Positions 41,101 through 55,400 of a DNA stretch of 64,000 nucleotides are shown in pieces (the stretch's first letter is position 1; each line of letters opens with the position of its first letter). The notes beneath the pieces are model-generated. The model had not been told where the DNA came from. It did not search any database and was given only the letters and a program-made list of their open reading frames with translations. This stretch comes from Auanema rhodensis (Eukaryota > Animalia > Nematoda). The DNA is taken from contig OZ059900.1 of assembly GCA_964057225.1 (NCBI GenBank), forward strand, positions 18,910,001 to 18,974,000. The letters are read 5' to 3'. A program made the position numbers and the translations under genes.

Positions 41101-44100
41101 ACGCCCCTTATGGCTAATATTGATTAAATCGATTTTTGTTCATATGAGTCGTCAAATGCAACGAATTTCAGCGTGTTACATACTAAAATGAAGCATTTTA
41201 CATGCTGAACACTAGAAAAATACAAAAACACAGTATTTCCCATGAGAAATATTTTATTATGCTGGAAAACCAGTTTTTGGAAATTTCGCTGTAAACAAGG
41301 TTTTGACTTACGATTTCATGTGTTCAAACTCATGCAATGTCAATGAAACCTAGCTCAAAATTGTTCGTACAACGTCTAGTTCCACTTTCACGACAAAAAA
41401 ACAGGGGTTAGAAAATTAAGGAAATTAGCATATTCTGAGGGCACGCCCCTTATGGCTAATATTGATTAAATCGATTTTTGTTCATATGAGTCGTCAAATG
41501 CAACGAATTTCAGCGTGTTACATACTAAAATGAAGCATTTTACATGCTGAACACTAGAAAAAAACAAAAACACAGTATTTCCCATGAGAAATAGTTTATT
41601 ATGCTGGAAAACCAGTTTTTGGAAATTTCGCTGTAAACAAGGTTTTGACTTACGATTTCATGTGTTCAAACTCATGCAATGTCAATGAAACCTAGCTCAA
41701 AATTGTTCGTACAACGTCTAGTTCCACTTTCACGACAAAAAAACAGGGGTTAGAAAATTAAGGAAGTTAGCATATTCTGAGGGCACGCCCCTTATGGCTA
41801 ATATTGATTAAATCGATTTTTGTTCATATGAGTCGTCAAATGCAACGAATTTCAGCGTGTTACATACTAAAATGAAGCATTTTACATGCTGAACACTAGA
41901 AAAATACAAAAACACAGTATTTCCCATGAGAAATATTTTATTATGCTGGAAAACCAGTTTTTGGAAATTTCGCTGTAAACAAGGTTTTGACTTACGATTT
42001 CATGTGTTCAAACTCATGCAATGTCAATGAAACCTAGCTCAAAATTGTTCGTACAACGTCTAGTTCCACTTTGACGACAAAAAAACAAGGGTTAGAAAAT
42101 TAAGGAAATTAGCATATTCTGAGGGCACGCCCCTTATGGCTAATATTGATTAAATCGATTTTTGTTCATATGAGTCGTCAAATGCAACGAATTTCTGCAT
42201 GTTACATACTAAAATGAAGCATTTTACATGCTGAACACTAGAAAAAAACAAAAACACAGTATTTCCCATGAGAAATATTTTATTATGCTGGAAAACCAGT
42301 TTTTGGAAATTTCGCTGTAAACAAGGTTTTGACTTACGATTTCATGTGTTCAAACTCATGCAATGTCAATGAAACTTAGCTCAAAATTGTTCGTACAACG
42401 TCTAGTTCCACTTTCACGACAAAAAAACAGGGGTTAGAAAATTAAGGAAATTAGCATATTCTGAGGGCACGCCCCTTATGGCTAATATTGATTAAATCGA
42501 TTTTTGTTCATATGAGTCGTCAAATGCAACGAATTTCAGCGTGTTACATACTAAAATGAAGCATTTTACATGCTGAACACTAGAAAAATACAAAAACACA
42601 GTATTTCCCATGAGAAATATTTTATTATGCTGGAAAACCAGTTTTTGGAAATTTCGCTGTAAACAAGGTTTTGACTTACGATTTCATGTGTTCAAACTCA
42701 TGCAATGTCAATGAAACCTAGCTCAAAATTGTTTGTACAACGTCTAGTTCCACTTTCACGACAAAAAAACAGGGGTTAGAAAATTAAGGAAATTAGCATA
42801 TTCTGAGGGCACGCCCCTTATGGCTAATATTGATTAAATCGATTTTTGTTCATATGAGTCGTCAAATGCAACGAATTTCAGCGTGTTACATACTAAAATG
42901 AAGCATTTTACATGCTGAACACTAGAAAAATACAAAAACACAGTATTTCCCATGAGAAATATTTTATTATGCTGGAAAACCAGCTTTTGGAAATTTCGCT
43001 GTAAACAAGGTTTTGACTTACGATTTCATGTGTTCAAACTCATGCAATGTCAATGAAACTTAGCTCAAAATTGTTCGTACAACGTCTAGTTCCACTTTCA
43101 CGACAAAAAAACAAGGGTTAGAAAATTAAGGAAATTAGCATATTCTGAGGGCACGCCCCTTATGGCTAATATTGATTAAATCGATTTTTGTTCATATGAG
43201 TCGTCAAATGCAACGAATTTCAGCGTGTTACATACTAAACTGAAGCATTTTACATGCTGAACACTAGAAAAATACAAAAACACAGTATTTCCCATGAGAA
43301 ATATTTTATTATGCTGGAGAACCAGTTTTTGGAAATTTCGCTGTAAACAAGGTTTTGACTTACGATTTCATGTGTTCAAACTCATGCAATGTCAATGAAA
43401 CCTAGCTCAAAATTGTTCGTACAACGTCTAGTTCCACTTTCACGACAAAAAAACAGGGGTTAGAAAATTAAGGAAATTAGCATATTCTGAGGGCACGCCC
43501 CTTATGGCTAATATTGATTAAATCGATTTTTGTTCATATGAGTCGTCAAATGCAACGAATTTTAGCGTGTTACATACTCAAATGAAGCATTTTACATGCT
43601 GAACACTAGAAAAATACAAAAACACAGTATTTCCCATGAGAAATATTTTATTATGCTGGAAAACCAGTTTTTGGAAATTTCGCTGTAAACAAGGTTTGAC
43701 TTACGATTTCATGTGTTCAAACTCATGCAATGTCAATGAAACCTAGCTCAAAATTGTTCGTACAACGTCTAGTTCCACTTTCACGACAAAAAAACAGGGG
43801 TTAGAAAATTAAGGAAATTAGCATATTCTGAGGGCACGCCCCTTATTGCTAATATTGATTAAATCGATTTTTGTTCATATGAGTCGTCAAATGCAACGAA
43901 TTTCAGCGTGTTACATACTAAAATGAAGCATTTTACATGCTGAACACTAGAAAAATACAAAAACACAGTATTACCCATGAAAAATATTTTATTATGCTGG
44001 AAAACCAGTTTTTGGAAATTTCGCTGTAAACAAGGTTTTGACTTACGATTTCATGTGTTCAAACTCATGCAATGTCAATGAAACCTAGCTCAAAATTGTT

Positions 44101-47100
44101 CGTACAACGTCTAGTTCCACTTTCACGACAAAAAAACAGGGGTTAGAAAATTAAGGAAATTAGCATATTCTGAGGGCACGCCCCTTATGGCTAATATTGA
44201 TTAAATCGATTTTTGTTCATATGAGTCGTCAAATGCAACGAATTTCAGCGTGTTACATACTAAAATGAAGCATTTCACATGCTGAACACTAGAAAAATAC
44301 AAAAACACAGTATTTCCCATGAGAAATATTTTATTATGCTGGAAAACCAGTTTTTGGAAATTTCGCTGTAAACAAGGTTTTGACTTACGATTTCATGTGT
44401 TCAAACTCATGCAATGTCAATGAAACTTAGCTCAAAATTGTTCGTACAACGTCTAGTTCCACTTTCACGACAAAAAAACAGGGGTTAGAAAATTAAGGAA
44501 ATTAGCATATTCTGAGGGCACGCCCCTTATGGCTAATATTGATTAAATCGATTTTTGTTCATATGAGTCGTCAAATGCAACGAATTTCAGCGTGTTACAT
44601 ACTAAAATGAAGCATTTTACATGCTGAACACTAGAAAAATACAAAAACACAGTATTTCCCATGAGAAATATTTTATTATGCTGGAAAACCAGTTTTTGGA
44701 AATTTCGCTGTAAACAAGGTTTTGACTTACGATTTCATGTGTTCAAACTCATGCAATGTCAATGAAACTTAGCTCAAAATTGTTCGTACAACGTCTAGTT
44801 CCACTTTCACGACAAAAAAACAAGGGTTAGAAAATTAAGGAAATTAGCATATTCTGAGGGCACGCCCCTTATGGCTAATATTGATTAAATCGATTTTTGT
44901 TCATATGAGTCGTCAAATGCAACGAATTTCAGCGTGTTACATACTAAAATGAAGCATTTTACATGCTGAACACTAGAAAAATACAAAAACACAGTATTTC
45001 CCATGAGAAATATTTTATTATGCTGGAAAACCAGTTTTTGGAAATTTCGCTGTAAACAAGGTTTTGACTTACGATTTCATGTGTTCAAACTCATGCAATG
45101 TCAATGAAACCTAGCTCAAAATTGTTTGTACAACGTCTAGTTCCACTTTCACGACAAAAAAACAGGGGTTAGAAAATTAAGGAAATTAGCATATTCTGAG
45201 GGCACGCCCCTTATGGCTAATATTGATTAAATCGATTTTTGTTCATATGAGTCGTCAAATGCAACGAATTTCAGCGTGTTACATACTAAAATGAAGCATT
45301 TTACATGCTGAACACTAGAAAAATACAAAAACACAGTATTTCCCATGAGAAATATTTTATTATGCTGGAAAACCAGTTTTTGGAAATTTCGCTGTAAACA
45401 AGGTTTTGACTTACGATTTCATGTGTTCAAACTCATGCAATGTCAATGAAACCTAGCTCAAAATTGTTCGTACAACGTCTAGTTCCACTTTCACGACAAA
45501 AAAACAAGGGTTAGAAAATTAAGGAAATTAGCATATTCTGAGGGCACGCCCCTTATGGCTAATATTGATTAAATCGATTTTTGTTCATATGAGTCGTCAA
45601 ATGCAACGAATTTCAGCGTGTTACATACTAAAATGAAGCATTTTACATGCTGAACACTAGAAAAATACAAAAACACAGTATTTCCCATGAGAAATATTTT
45701 ATTATGCTGGAAAACCAGTTTTTGGAAATTTCGCTGTAAACAAGGTTTTGACTTACGATTTCATGTGTTCAAACTCATGCAATGTCAATGAAACCTAGCT
45801 CAAAATTGTTCGTACAACGTCTAGTTCCACTTTCACGACAAAAAAACAGGGGTTAGAAAATTAAGGAAATTAGCATATTCTGAGGGCACGCCCCTTATGG
45901 CTAATATTGATTAAATCGATTTTTGTTCATATGAGTCGTCAAATGCAACGAATTTCAGCGTGTTACATACTAAAATGAAGCATTTTACATGCTGAACACT
46001 AGAAAAATACAAAAACACAGTATTTCCCATGAGAAATATTTTATTATGCTGGAAAACCAGTTTTTGGAAATTTCGCTGTAAACAAGGTTTTGACTTACGA
46101 TTTCATGTGTTCAAACTCATGCAATGTCAATGAAACCTAGCTCAAAATTGTTTGTACAACGTCTAGTTCCACTTTCACGACAAAAAAACAGGGGTTAGAA
46201 AATTAAGGAAATTAGCATATTCTGAGGGCACGCCCCTTATGGCTAATATTGATTAAATCGATTTTTGTTCATATGAGTCGTCAAATGCAACGAATTACAG
46301 CGTGTTACATACTAAAATGAAGCATTTTACATGCTGAACACTAGAAAAATACAAAAACACAGTATTTCCCATGAGAAATATTTTATTATGCTGGAAAACC
46401 AGTTTTTGGAAATTTCGCTGTAAACAAGGTTTTGACTTACGATTTCATGTGTTCAAACTCATGCAATGTCAATGAAACCTAGCTCAAAATTGTTCGTACA
46501 ACGTCTAGTTCCACTTTCACGACAAAAAAACAAGGGTTAGAAAATTAAGGAAATTAGCATATTCTGAGGGCACGCCCCTTATGGCTAATATTGATTAAAT
46601 CGATTTTTGTTCATATGAGTCGTCAAATGCAACGAATTTCAGCGTGTTACATACTAAAATGAAGCATTTTACATGCTGAACACTAGAAAAATACAAAAAC
46701 ACAGTATTTCCCATGAGAAATATTTTATTATGCTGGAAAACCAGTTTTTGGAAATTTCGCTGTAAACAAGGTTTTGACTTACGATTTCATGTGTTCAAAC
46801 TCATGCAATGTCAATGAAACCTAGCTCAAAATTGTTCGTACAACGTCTAGTTCCACTTTCACGACAAAAAAACAGGGGTTAGAAAATTAAGGAAATTAGC
46901 ATATTCTGAGGGCACGCCCCTTATGGCTAATATTGATTAAATCGATTTTTGTTCATATGAGTCGTCAAATGCAACGAATTTCTGCATGTTACATACTAAA
47001 ATGAAGCATTTTACATGCTGAACACTAGAAAAAAACAAAAACACAGTATTTCCCATGAGAAATATTTTATTATGCTGGAAAACCAGTTTTTGGAAATTTC

Positions 47101-48200
47101 GCTGTAAACAAGGTTTTGACTTACGATTTCATGTGTTCAAACTCATGCAATGTCAATGAAACTTAGCTCAAAATTGTTCGTACAACGTCTAGTTCCACTT
47201 TCACGACAAAAAAACAGGGGTTAGAAAATTAAGGAAATTAGCATATTCTGAGGGCACGCCCCTTATGGCTAATATTGATTAAATCGATTTTTGTTCATAT
47301 GAGTCGTCAAATGCAACGAATTTCAGCGTGTTACATACTAATATGAAGCATTTTACATGCTGAACACTAGAAAAATACAAAAACACAGTATTTCCCATGA
47401 GAAATATTTTATTATGCTGGAAAACCAGTTTTTGGAAATTTCGCTGTAAACAAGGTTTTGACTTACGATTTCATGTGTTCAAACTCATGCAATGTCAATG
47501 AAACCTAGCTCAAAATTGTTCGTACAACGTCTAGTTCCACTTTCACGACAAAAAAACAGGGGTTAGAAAATTAAGGAAATAAGCATATTCTGAGGGCACG
47601 CCCCTTATGGCTAATATTGATTAAATCGATTTTTGTTCATATGAGTCGTCAAATGCAACGAATTTCAGCGTGTTACATACTAAAATGAAACATTTTACAT
47701 GCTGAACACTAGAACAATACAAAAACACAGTATTTCCCATGAGAAATATTTTATTATGCTGGAAAACCAGTTTTTGGAAATTTCGATGTAAACAAGGTTT
47801 TCACTTACGATTTCATGTGTTCAAACTCATGCAATGTCAATGAAACCTAGCTTAAAATTGTTCGTACAACGTCTAGTTCCACTTTCACGACAAAAAAACA
47901 GGGGTTAGAAAATTAAGGAAATTAGCATATTCTGAGGGCACGCCCCTTATGGCTAATATTGATTAAATCGATTTTTGTTCATATGAGTCGTCAAATGCAA
48001 CGAATTTCAGCGTGTTACATACTAAAATGAAGCATTTTACAAGCTGAACACTAGAAAAATACAAAAACACAGTATTTCCCATGAGAAATATTTTATTATG
48101 CTGGAAAACCAGTTTTTGGAAATTTCGCTGTAAACAAGGTTTTGACTTACGATTTCATGTGTTCAAACTCATGCAATGTCAATGAAACTTAGCTCAAAAT
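32170..48200 (-). repeat. Higher-order duplication of ~22-25 monomers (two diverged tandem copies)
   Basis: Rare variants recur in the same order: ATAGTTT 33044/41594 and GGAAGTT 33216/41766 (offset 8550 = 25x342); AAACTGA 35374/43240 (7866 = 23x342); TTACAGCG 38773/46297 and AAATAAGC 40057/47581 (7524 = 22x342). Boundaries are approximate. Confidence 0.85.
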
Positions 48201-49425
48201 TGTTCGTACAACGTCTAGTTCCACTTTCACGACAAAAAAACAGGGGTTAGAAAATTAAGGAAATTAGCATATTCTGAGGGCACGCCCCTTATGGCTAATA
48301 TTGATTAAATCGATTTTTGTTCATATGAGTCGTCAAATGCCACGAATTTCAGCGTGTTACATACTAAAATGAAGCATTTTACAAGCTGAACACTAGAAAA
48401 ATACAAAAACACAGTATTTCCCATGAGAAATATTTTATTATGCTGGAAAACCAGTTTTTGGAAATTTCGCTGTAAACAAGGTTTTGACTTACGATTTCAT
48501 GTGTTCAAACTCATGCAATGTCAATGAAACGTAGCTCAAAATTGTTCGTACAACGTCTAGTTCCACTTTCACGACAAAAAAACAGGGGTTAGAAAATTAA
48601 GGAAATTAGCATATTCTGAGGGCACGCCCCTTATGGCTAATATTGATTAAATCGATTTTTGTTCATATGAGTCGTCAAATGCAACGAATTTCAGCGTGTT
48701 ACATACTAAAATGAAGCATTTTACATGCTGAACACTAGAAAAAAACAAAAACACAGTATTTCCCATGAGAAATATTTTATTATGCTGGAAAACCAGTTTT
48801 TGGAAATTTCGCTGTAAACAAGGTTTTGACTTACGATTTCATGTGTTCAAACTCATGCAATGTCAATGAAACTTAGCTCAAAATTGTTCGTACAACGTCT
48901 AGTTCCACTTTCACGACAAAAAAACAGGGGTTAGAAAATTAAGGAAATTAGCATATTCTGAGGGCACGCCCCTTATGGCTAATATTGATTAAATCGATTT
49001 TTGTTCATATGAGTCGTCAAATGCAACGAATTTCAGCGTGTTACATACTAATATGAAGCATTTTACATGCTGAACACTAGAAAAATACAAAAACACAGTA
49101 TTTCCCATGAGAAATATTTTATTATGCTGGAAAACCAGTTTTTGGAAATTTCGCTGTAAACAAGGTTTTGACTTACGATTTCATGTGTTCAAACTCATGC
49201 AATGTCAATGAAACCTAGCTCAAAATTGTTCGTACAACGTCTAGTTCCACTTTCACGACAAAAAAACAGGGGTTAGAAAATTAAGGAAATAAGCATATTC
49301 TGAGGGCACGCCCCTTATGGCTAATATTGATTAAATCGATTTTTGTTCATATGAGTCGTCAAATGCAACGAATTTCAGCGTGTTACATACTAAAATGAAG
49401 CATTTTACATGCTGAACACTAGAAC

Positions 49426-52400
49426 AATACAAAAACACAGTATTTCCCATGAGAAATATTTTATTATGCTGGAAAACCAGTTTTTGGAAATTTCGATGTA
49501 AACAAGGTTTTGACTTACGATTTCATGTGTTCAAACTCATGCAATGTCAATGAAACCTAGCTTAAAATTGTTCGTACAACGTCTAGTTCCACTTTCACGA
49601 CAAAAAAACAGGGGTTAGAAAATTAAGGAAATTAGCATATTCTGAGGGCACGCCCCTTATGGCTAATATTGATTAAATCGATTTTTGTTCATATGAGTCG
49701 TCAAATGCAACGAATTTCAGCGTGTTACATACTAAAATGAAGCATTTTACAAGCTGAACACTAGAAAAATACAAAAACACAGTATTTCCCATGAGAAATA
49801 TTTTATTATGCTGGAAAACCAGTTTTTGGAAATTTCGCTGTAAACAAGGTTTTGACTTACGATTTCATGTGTTCAACCTCATGCAATGTCAATGAAACCT
49901 AGCTTAAAATTGTTCGTACAACGTCTAGTTCCACTTTCACGACAAAAAAACAGGGGTTAGAAAATTAAGGAAATTAGCATATTCTGAGGGCACGCCCTTA
50001 TGGCTAATATTGATTAAATCGATTTTTGTTCATATGAGTCGTCAAATGCAACGAATTTCAGCGTGTTACATACTAAAATGAAGCATTTTACAAGCTGAAC
50101 ACTAGAAAAATACAAAAACACAGTATTTCCCATGAGAAATATTTTATTATGCTGGAAAACCAGTTTTTGGAAATTTCGCTGTAAACAAGGTTTTGACTTA
50201 CGATTTCATGTGTTCAAACTCATGCAATATCAATGAAACGTAGCTCAAAATTGTTCGTACAACGTCTAGTTCCACTTTCACGACAAAAAAACAGGGGTTA
50301 GAAAATTAAGGAAATTAGCATATTCTGAGGGCACGCCCCTTATGGCTAATATTGATTAAATCGATTTTTGTTCATATGAGTCGTCAAATGCAACGAATTT
50401 CAGCGTGTTACATACTAAAATGAAGCATTTTACATGCTGAACACTAGAAAAAAACAAAAACACAGTATTTCCCATAAGAAATATTTTATTATGCTGGAAA
50501 ACCAGTTTTTGGAAATTTCGCTGTAAACAAGGTTTTGACTTACGATTTCATGTGTTCAAACTCATGCAATGTCAATGAAACTTAGCTCAAAATTGTTCGT
50601 ACAACGTCTAGTTCCACTTTCACGACAAAAAAACAGGGGTTAGAAAATTAAGGAAATTAGCATATTCTGAGGGCACGCCCCTTATGGCTAATATTGATTA
50701 AATCGATTTTTGTTCATATGAGTCGTCAAATGCAACGAATTTCAGCGTGTTACATACTAAAATGAAGCATTTCACATGCTGAACACTAGAAAAATACAAA
50801 AACACAGTATTTCTCATGAGAAATATTTTATTATGCTGGAAAACCAGTTTTTGGAAATTTCGCTGTAAACAAGGTTTTGACTTACGATTTCATGTGTTCA
50901 AACTCATGCAATGTCAATGAAACCTAGCTCAAAATTGTTTGTACAACGTCTAGTTCCACTTTCACGACAAAAAAACAGGGGTTAGAAAATTAAGGAAATT
51001 AGCATATTCTGAGGGCACGCCCCTTATGGCTAATATTGATTAAATCGATTTTTGTTCATATGAGTCGTCAAATGCAACGAATTTCAGCGTGTTACATACT
51101 AAAATGAAGCATTTTACATGCTGAACACTAGAAAAATACAAAAACACAGTATTTCTCATGAGAAATATTTTATTATGCTGGAAAACCAGTTTTTGGAAAT
51201 TTCGCTGTAAACAAGGTTTTGACTTACGATTTCATGTGTTCAAACTCATGCAATGTCAATGAAACCTAGCTCAAAATTGTTCGTACAACGTCTAGTTCCA
51301 CTTTCACGACAAAAAAAACAGGGGTTAGAAAATTAAGGAAATTAGCATATTCTGAGGGCACGCCCCTTATGGCTAATATTGATTAAATCGATTTTTGTTC
51401 ATATGAGTCGTCAAATGCAACAAATTTCAGCGTGTTACATACTAAAATGAAGCATTTTACATGCTGAACACTAGAAAAATACAAAAACACAGTATTTCCC
51501 ATTAGAAATATTTTATTATGCTGGAAAACCAGTTTTTGGAAATTTCGCTGTAAACAAGGTTTTGACTTACTTTTTCTTGTGTTCAAACTCATGCAATGTC
51601 AATGAAACCTAGCTCAAAATTGTTCGTACAACGTCTAGTTCCACTTTCACGACAAAAAAACAGGGGTTAGAAAATTAAGGAAATTAGCATATTCTGAGGG
51701 CACGCCCCTTATGGCTAATATTGATTAAATCGATTTTTGTTCATATGAGTCGTCAAATGCAACGAATTTCAGCGTGTTACATACTAAAATGAAGCATTTT
51801 ACATGCTGAACACTAGAAAAATACAAAAACACAGTATTTCCCATGAGAAATATTTTATTATGCTGGAAAACCAGTTTTTGGAAATTTCGCTGTAAACAAG
51901 GTTTTGACTTACGATTTCATGTGTTCAAACTCATGCAATGTCAATGAAACCTAGCTCAAAATTGTTCGTACAACGTCTAGTTCCACTTTCACGACAAAAA
52001 AACAGGGGTTAGAAAATTAAGGAAATTAGCATATTCTGAGGGCACGCCCCTTATGGCTAATATTGATTAAATCGATTTTTGTTCATATGAGTCGTCAAAT
52101 GCAACGAATTTCAGCGTGTTACATACTAAAATGAAGCATTTTACATGCTGAACACTAGAAAAATACAAAAACACAGTATTTCCCATGAGAAATATTTTAT
52201 TATGCTGGAAAACCAGTTTTTGGAAATTTCGCTGTAAACAAGGTTTTGACTTACGATTTCATGTGTTCAAACTCATGCAATGTCAATGAAACCTAGCTCA
52301 AATTTGTTCGTACAACGTCTAGTTCCACTTTCACGACAAAAAAACAGGGGTTAGAAAATTAAGGAAATTAGCATATTCTGAGGGCACGCCCCTTATGCCT

Positions 52401-55400
52401 AATGTTGATTAAATCGATTTTTGTTCATATGAGTCGTCAAATGCAACGAATTTCAGCGTGTTACATACTAAAATGAAGCATTTTACATGCTGAACACTAG
52501 AAAAATACAAAAACACAGTATTTCCCATGTGAAATATTTTATTATGCTGGAAAACCAGTTTTTGGAAATTTCGCTGTAAACAAGGTTTTGACTTACGATT
52601 TCATGTGTTCAAACTCATGCAATGTCAATGAAACCTAGCTCAAAATTGTTCGTACAACATCTAGTTCCACTTTCACGACAAAAAAACAGGGGTTAGAAAA
52701 TTAAGGAAATTAGCATATTCTGAGGGCACGCCCCTTATGGCCAATATTGATTAAATCGATTTTTGTTCATATGAGTCGTCAAATGCAACGAATTTCAGCG
52801 TGTTACATACTAAAATGAAGCATTTTACATGCTGAACACTAGAAAAATACAAAAACACAGTATTTCCCATGAGAAATATTTTATTATGCTGGAAAACCAG
52901 TTTTTGGAAATTTCGCTGTAAACAAGGTTTTGACTTACGATTTCATGTGTTCAAACTCATGCAATGTCAATGAAACCTAGCTCAAATTTGTTCGTACAAC
53001 GTCTAGTTCCACTTTCACGACAAAAAAACAGGGGTTAGAAAATTAAGGAAATTAGCATATTCTGAGGGCACGCCCCTTATGCCTAATGTTGATTAAATCG
53101 ATTTTTGTTCATATGAGTCGTCAAATGCAACGAATTTCAGCGTGTTACATACTAAAATGAAGCATTTTACATGCTGAACACTAGAAAAATACAAAAACAC
53201 AGTATTTCCCATGTGAAATATTTTATTATGCTGGAAAACCAGTTTTTGGAAATTTCGCTGTAAACAAGGTTTTGACTTACGATTTCATGTGTTCAAACTC
53301 ATGCAATGTCAATGAAACCTAGCTCAAAATTGTTCGTACAACGTCTAGTTCCACTTTCACGACAAAAAAACAGGGGTTAGAAAATTAAGGAAATTAGCAT
53401 ATTCTGAGGGCACGCCCCTTATGGCTAATATTGATTAAATCGATTTTTGTTCATATGAGTCGTCAAATGCAACGAATTTCAGCGTGTTACATACTAAAAT
53501 GAAGCATTTTACATGCTGAACACTAGAAAAATACAAAAACACAGTATTTCCCATGAGAAATATTTTATTATGCTGGAAAACCAGTTTTTGGAAATTTCGC
53601 TGTAAACAAGGTTTTGACTTACGATTTCATGTGTTCAAACTCATGCAATGTCAATGAAACCTAGCTCAAAATTGTTCGTACAACGTCTAGTTCCACTTTC
53701 ACGACAAAAAAACAGGGGTTAGAAAATTAAGGAAATTAGCATATTCTGAGGGCACGCCCCTTATGGCTAATATTGATTAAATCGATTTTTGTTCATATGA
53801 GTCGTCAAATGCAACGAATTTCAGCGTGTTACATACTAAAATGAAGCATTTTACATGCTGAACACTAGAAAAATACAAAAACACAGTATTTCCCATGAGA
53901 AATATTTTATTATGCTGGAAAACCAGTTTTTGGAAATTTCGATGTAAACAAGGTTTTGACTTACGATTTCATGTGTTCAAACTCATGCAATGTCAATGAA
54001 ACCTAGCTTAAAATTGTTCGTACAACGTCTAGTTCCACTTTCACGACAAAAAAACAGGGGTTAGAAAATTAAGGAAATTAGCATATTCTGAGGGCACGCC
54101 CCTTATGGCTAATATTGATTAAATCGATTTTTGTTCATATGAGTCGTCAAATGCAACGAATTTCAGCGTGTTACATACTAAAATGAAGCATTTTACAAGC
54201 TGAACACTAGAAAAATACAAAAACACAGTATTTCCCATGAGAAATATTTTATTATGCTGGAAAACCAGTTTTTGGAAATTTCGCTGTAAACAAGGTTTTG
54301 ACTTACGATTTCATGTGTTCAACCTCATGCAATGTCAATGAAACCTAGCTTAAAATTGTTCGTACAACGTCTAGTTCCACTTTCACGACAAAAAAACAGG
54401 GGTTAGAAAATTAAGGAAATTAGCATATTCTGAGGGCACGCCCTTATGGCTAATATTGATTAAATCGATTTTTGTTCATATGAGTCGTCAAATGCAACGA
54501 ATTTCAGCGTGTTACATACTAAAATGAAGCATTTTACAAGCTGAACACTAGAAAAATACAAAAACACAGTATTTCCCATGAGAAATATTTTATTATGCTG
54601 GAAAACCAGTTTTTGGAAATTTCGCTGTAAACAAGGTTTTGACTTACGATTTCATGTGTTCAAACTCATGCAATATCAATGAAACGTAGCTCAAAATTGT
54701 TCGTACAACGTCTAGTTCCACTTTCACGACAAAAAAACAGGGGTTAGAAAATTAAGGAAATTAGCATATTCTGAGGGCACGCCCCTTATGGCTAATATTG
54801 ATTAAATCGATTTTTGTTCATATGAGTCGTCAAATGCAACGAATTTCAGCGTGTTACATACTAAAATGAAGCATTTTACATGCTGAACACTAGAAAAAAA
54901 CAAAAACACAGTATTTCCCATAAGAAATATTTTATTATGCTGGAAAACCAGTTTTTGGAAATTTCGCTGTAAACAAGGTTTTGACTTACGATTTCATGTG
55001 TTCAAACTCATGCAATGTCAATGAAACTTAGCTCAAAATTGTTCGTACAACGTCTAGTTCCACTTTCACGACAAAAAAACAGGGGTTAGAAAATTAAGGA
55101 AATTAGCATATTCTGAGGGCACGCCCCTTATGGCTAATATTGATTAAATCGATTTTTGTTCATATGAGTCGTCAAATGCAACGAATTTCAGCGTGTTACA
55201 TACTAAAATGAAGCATTTCACATGCTGAACACTAGAAAAATACAAAAACACAGTATTTCTCATGAGAAATATTTTATTATGCTGGAAAACCAGTTTTTGG
55301 AAATTTCGCTGTAAACAAGGTTTTGACTTACGATTTCATGTGTTCAAACTCATGCAATGTCAATGAAACCTAGCTCAAAATTGTTTGTACAACGTCTAGT

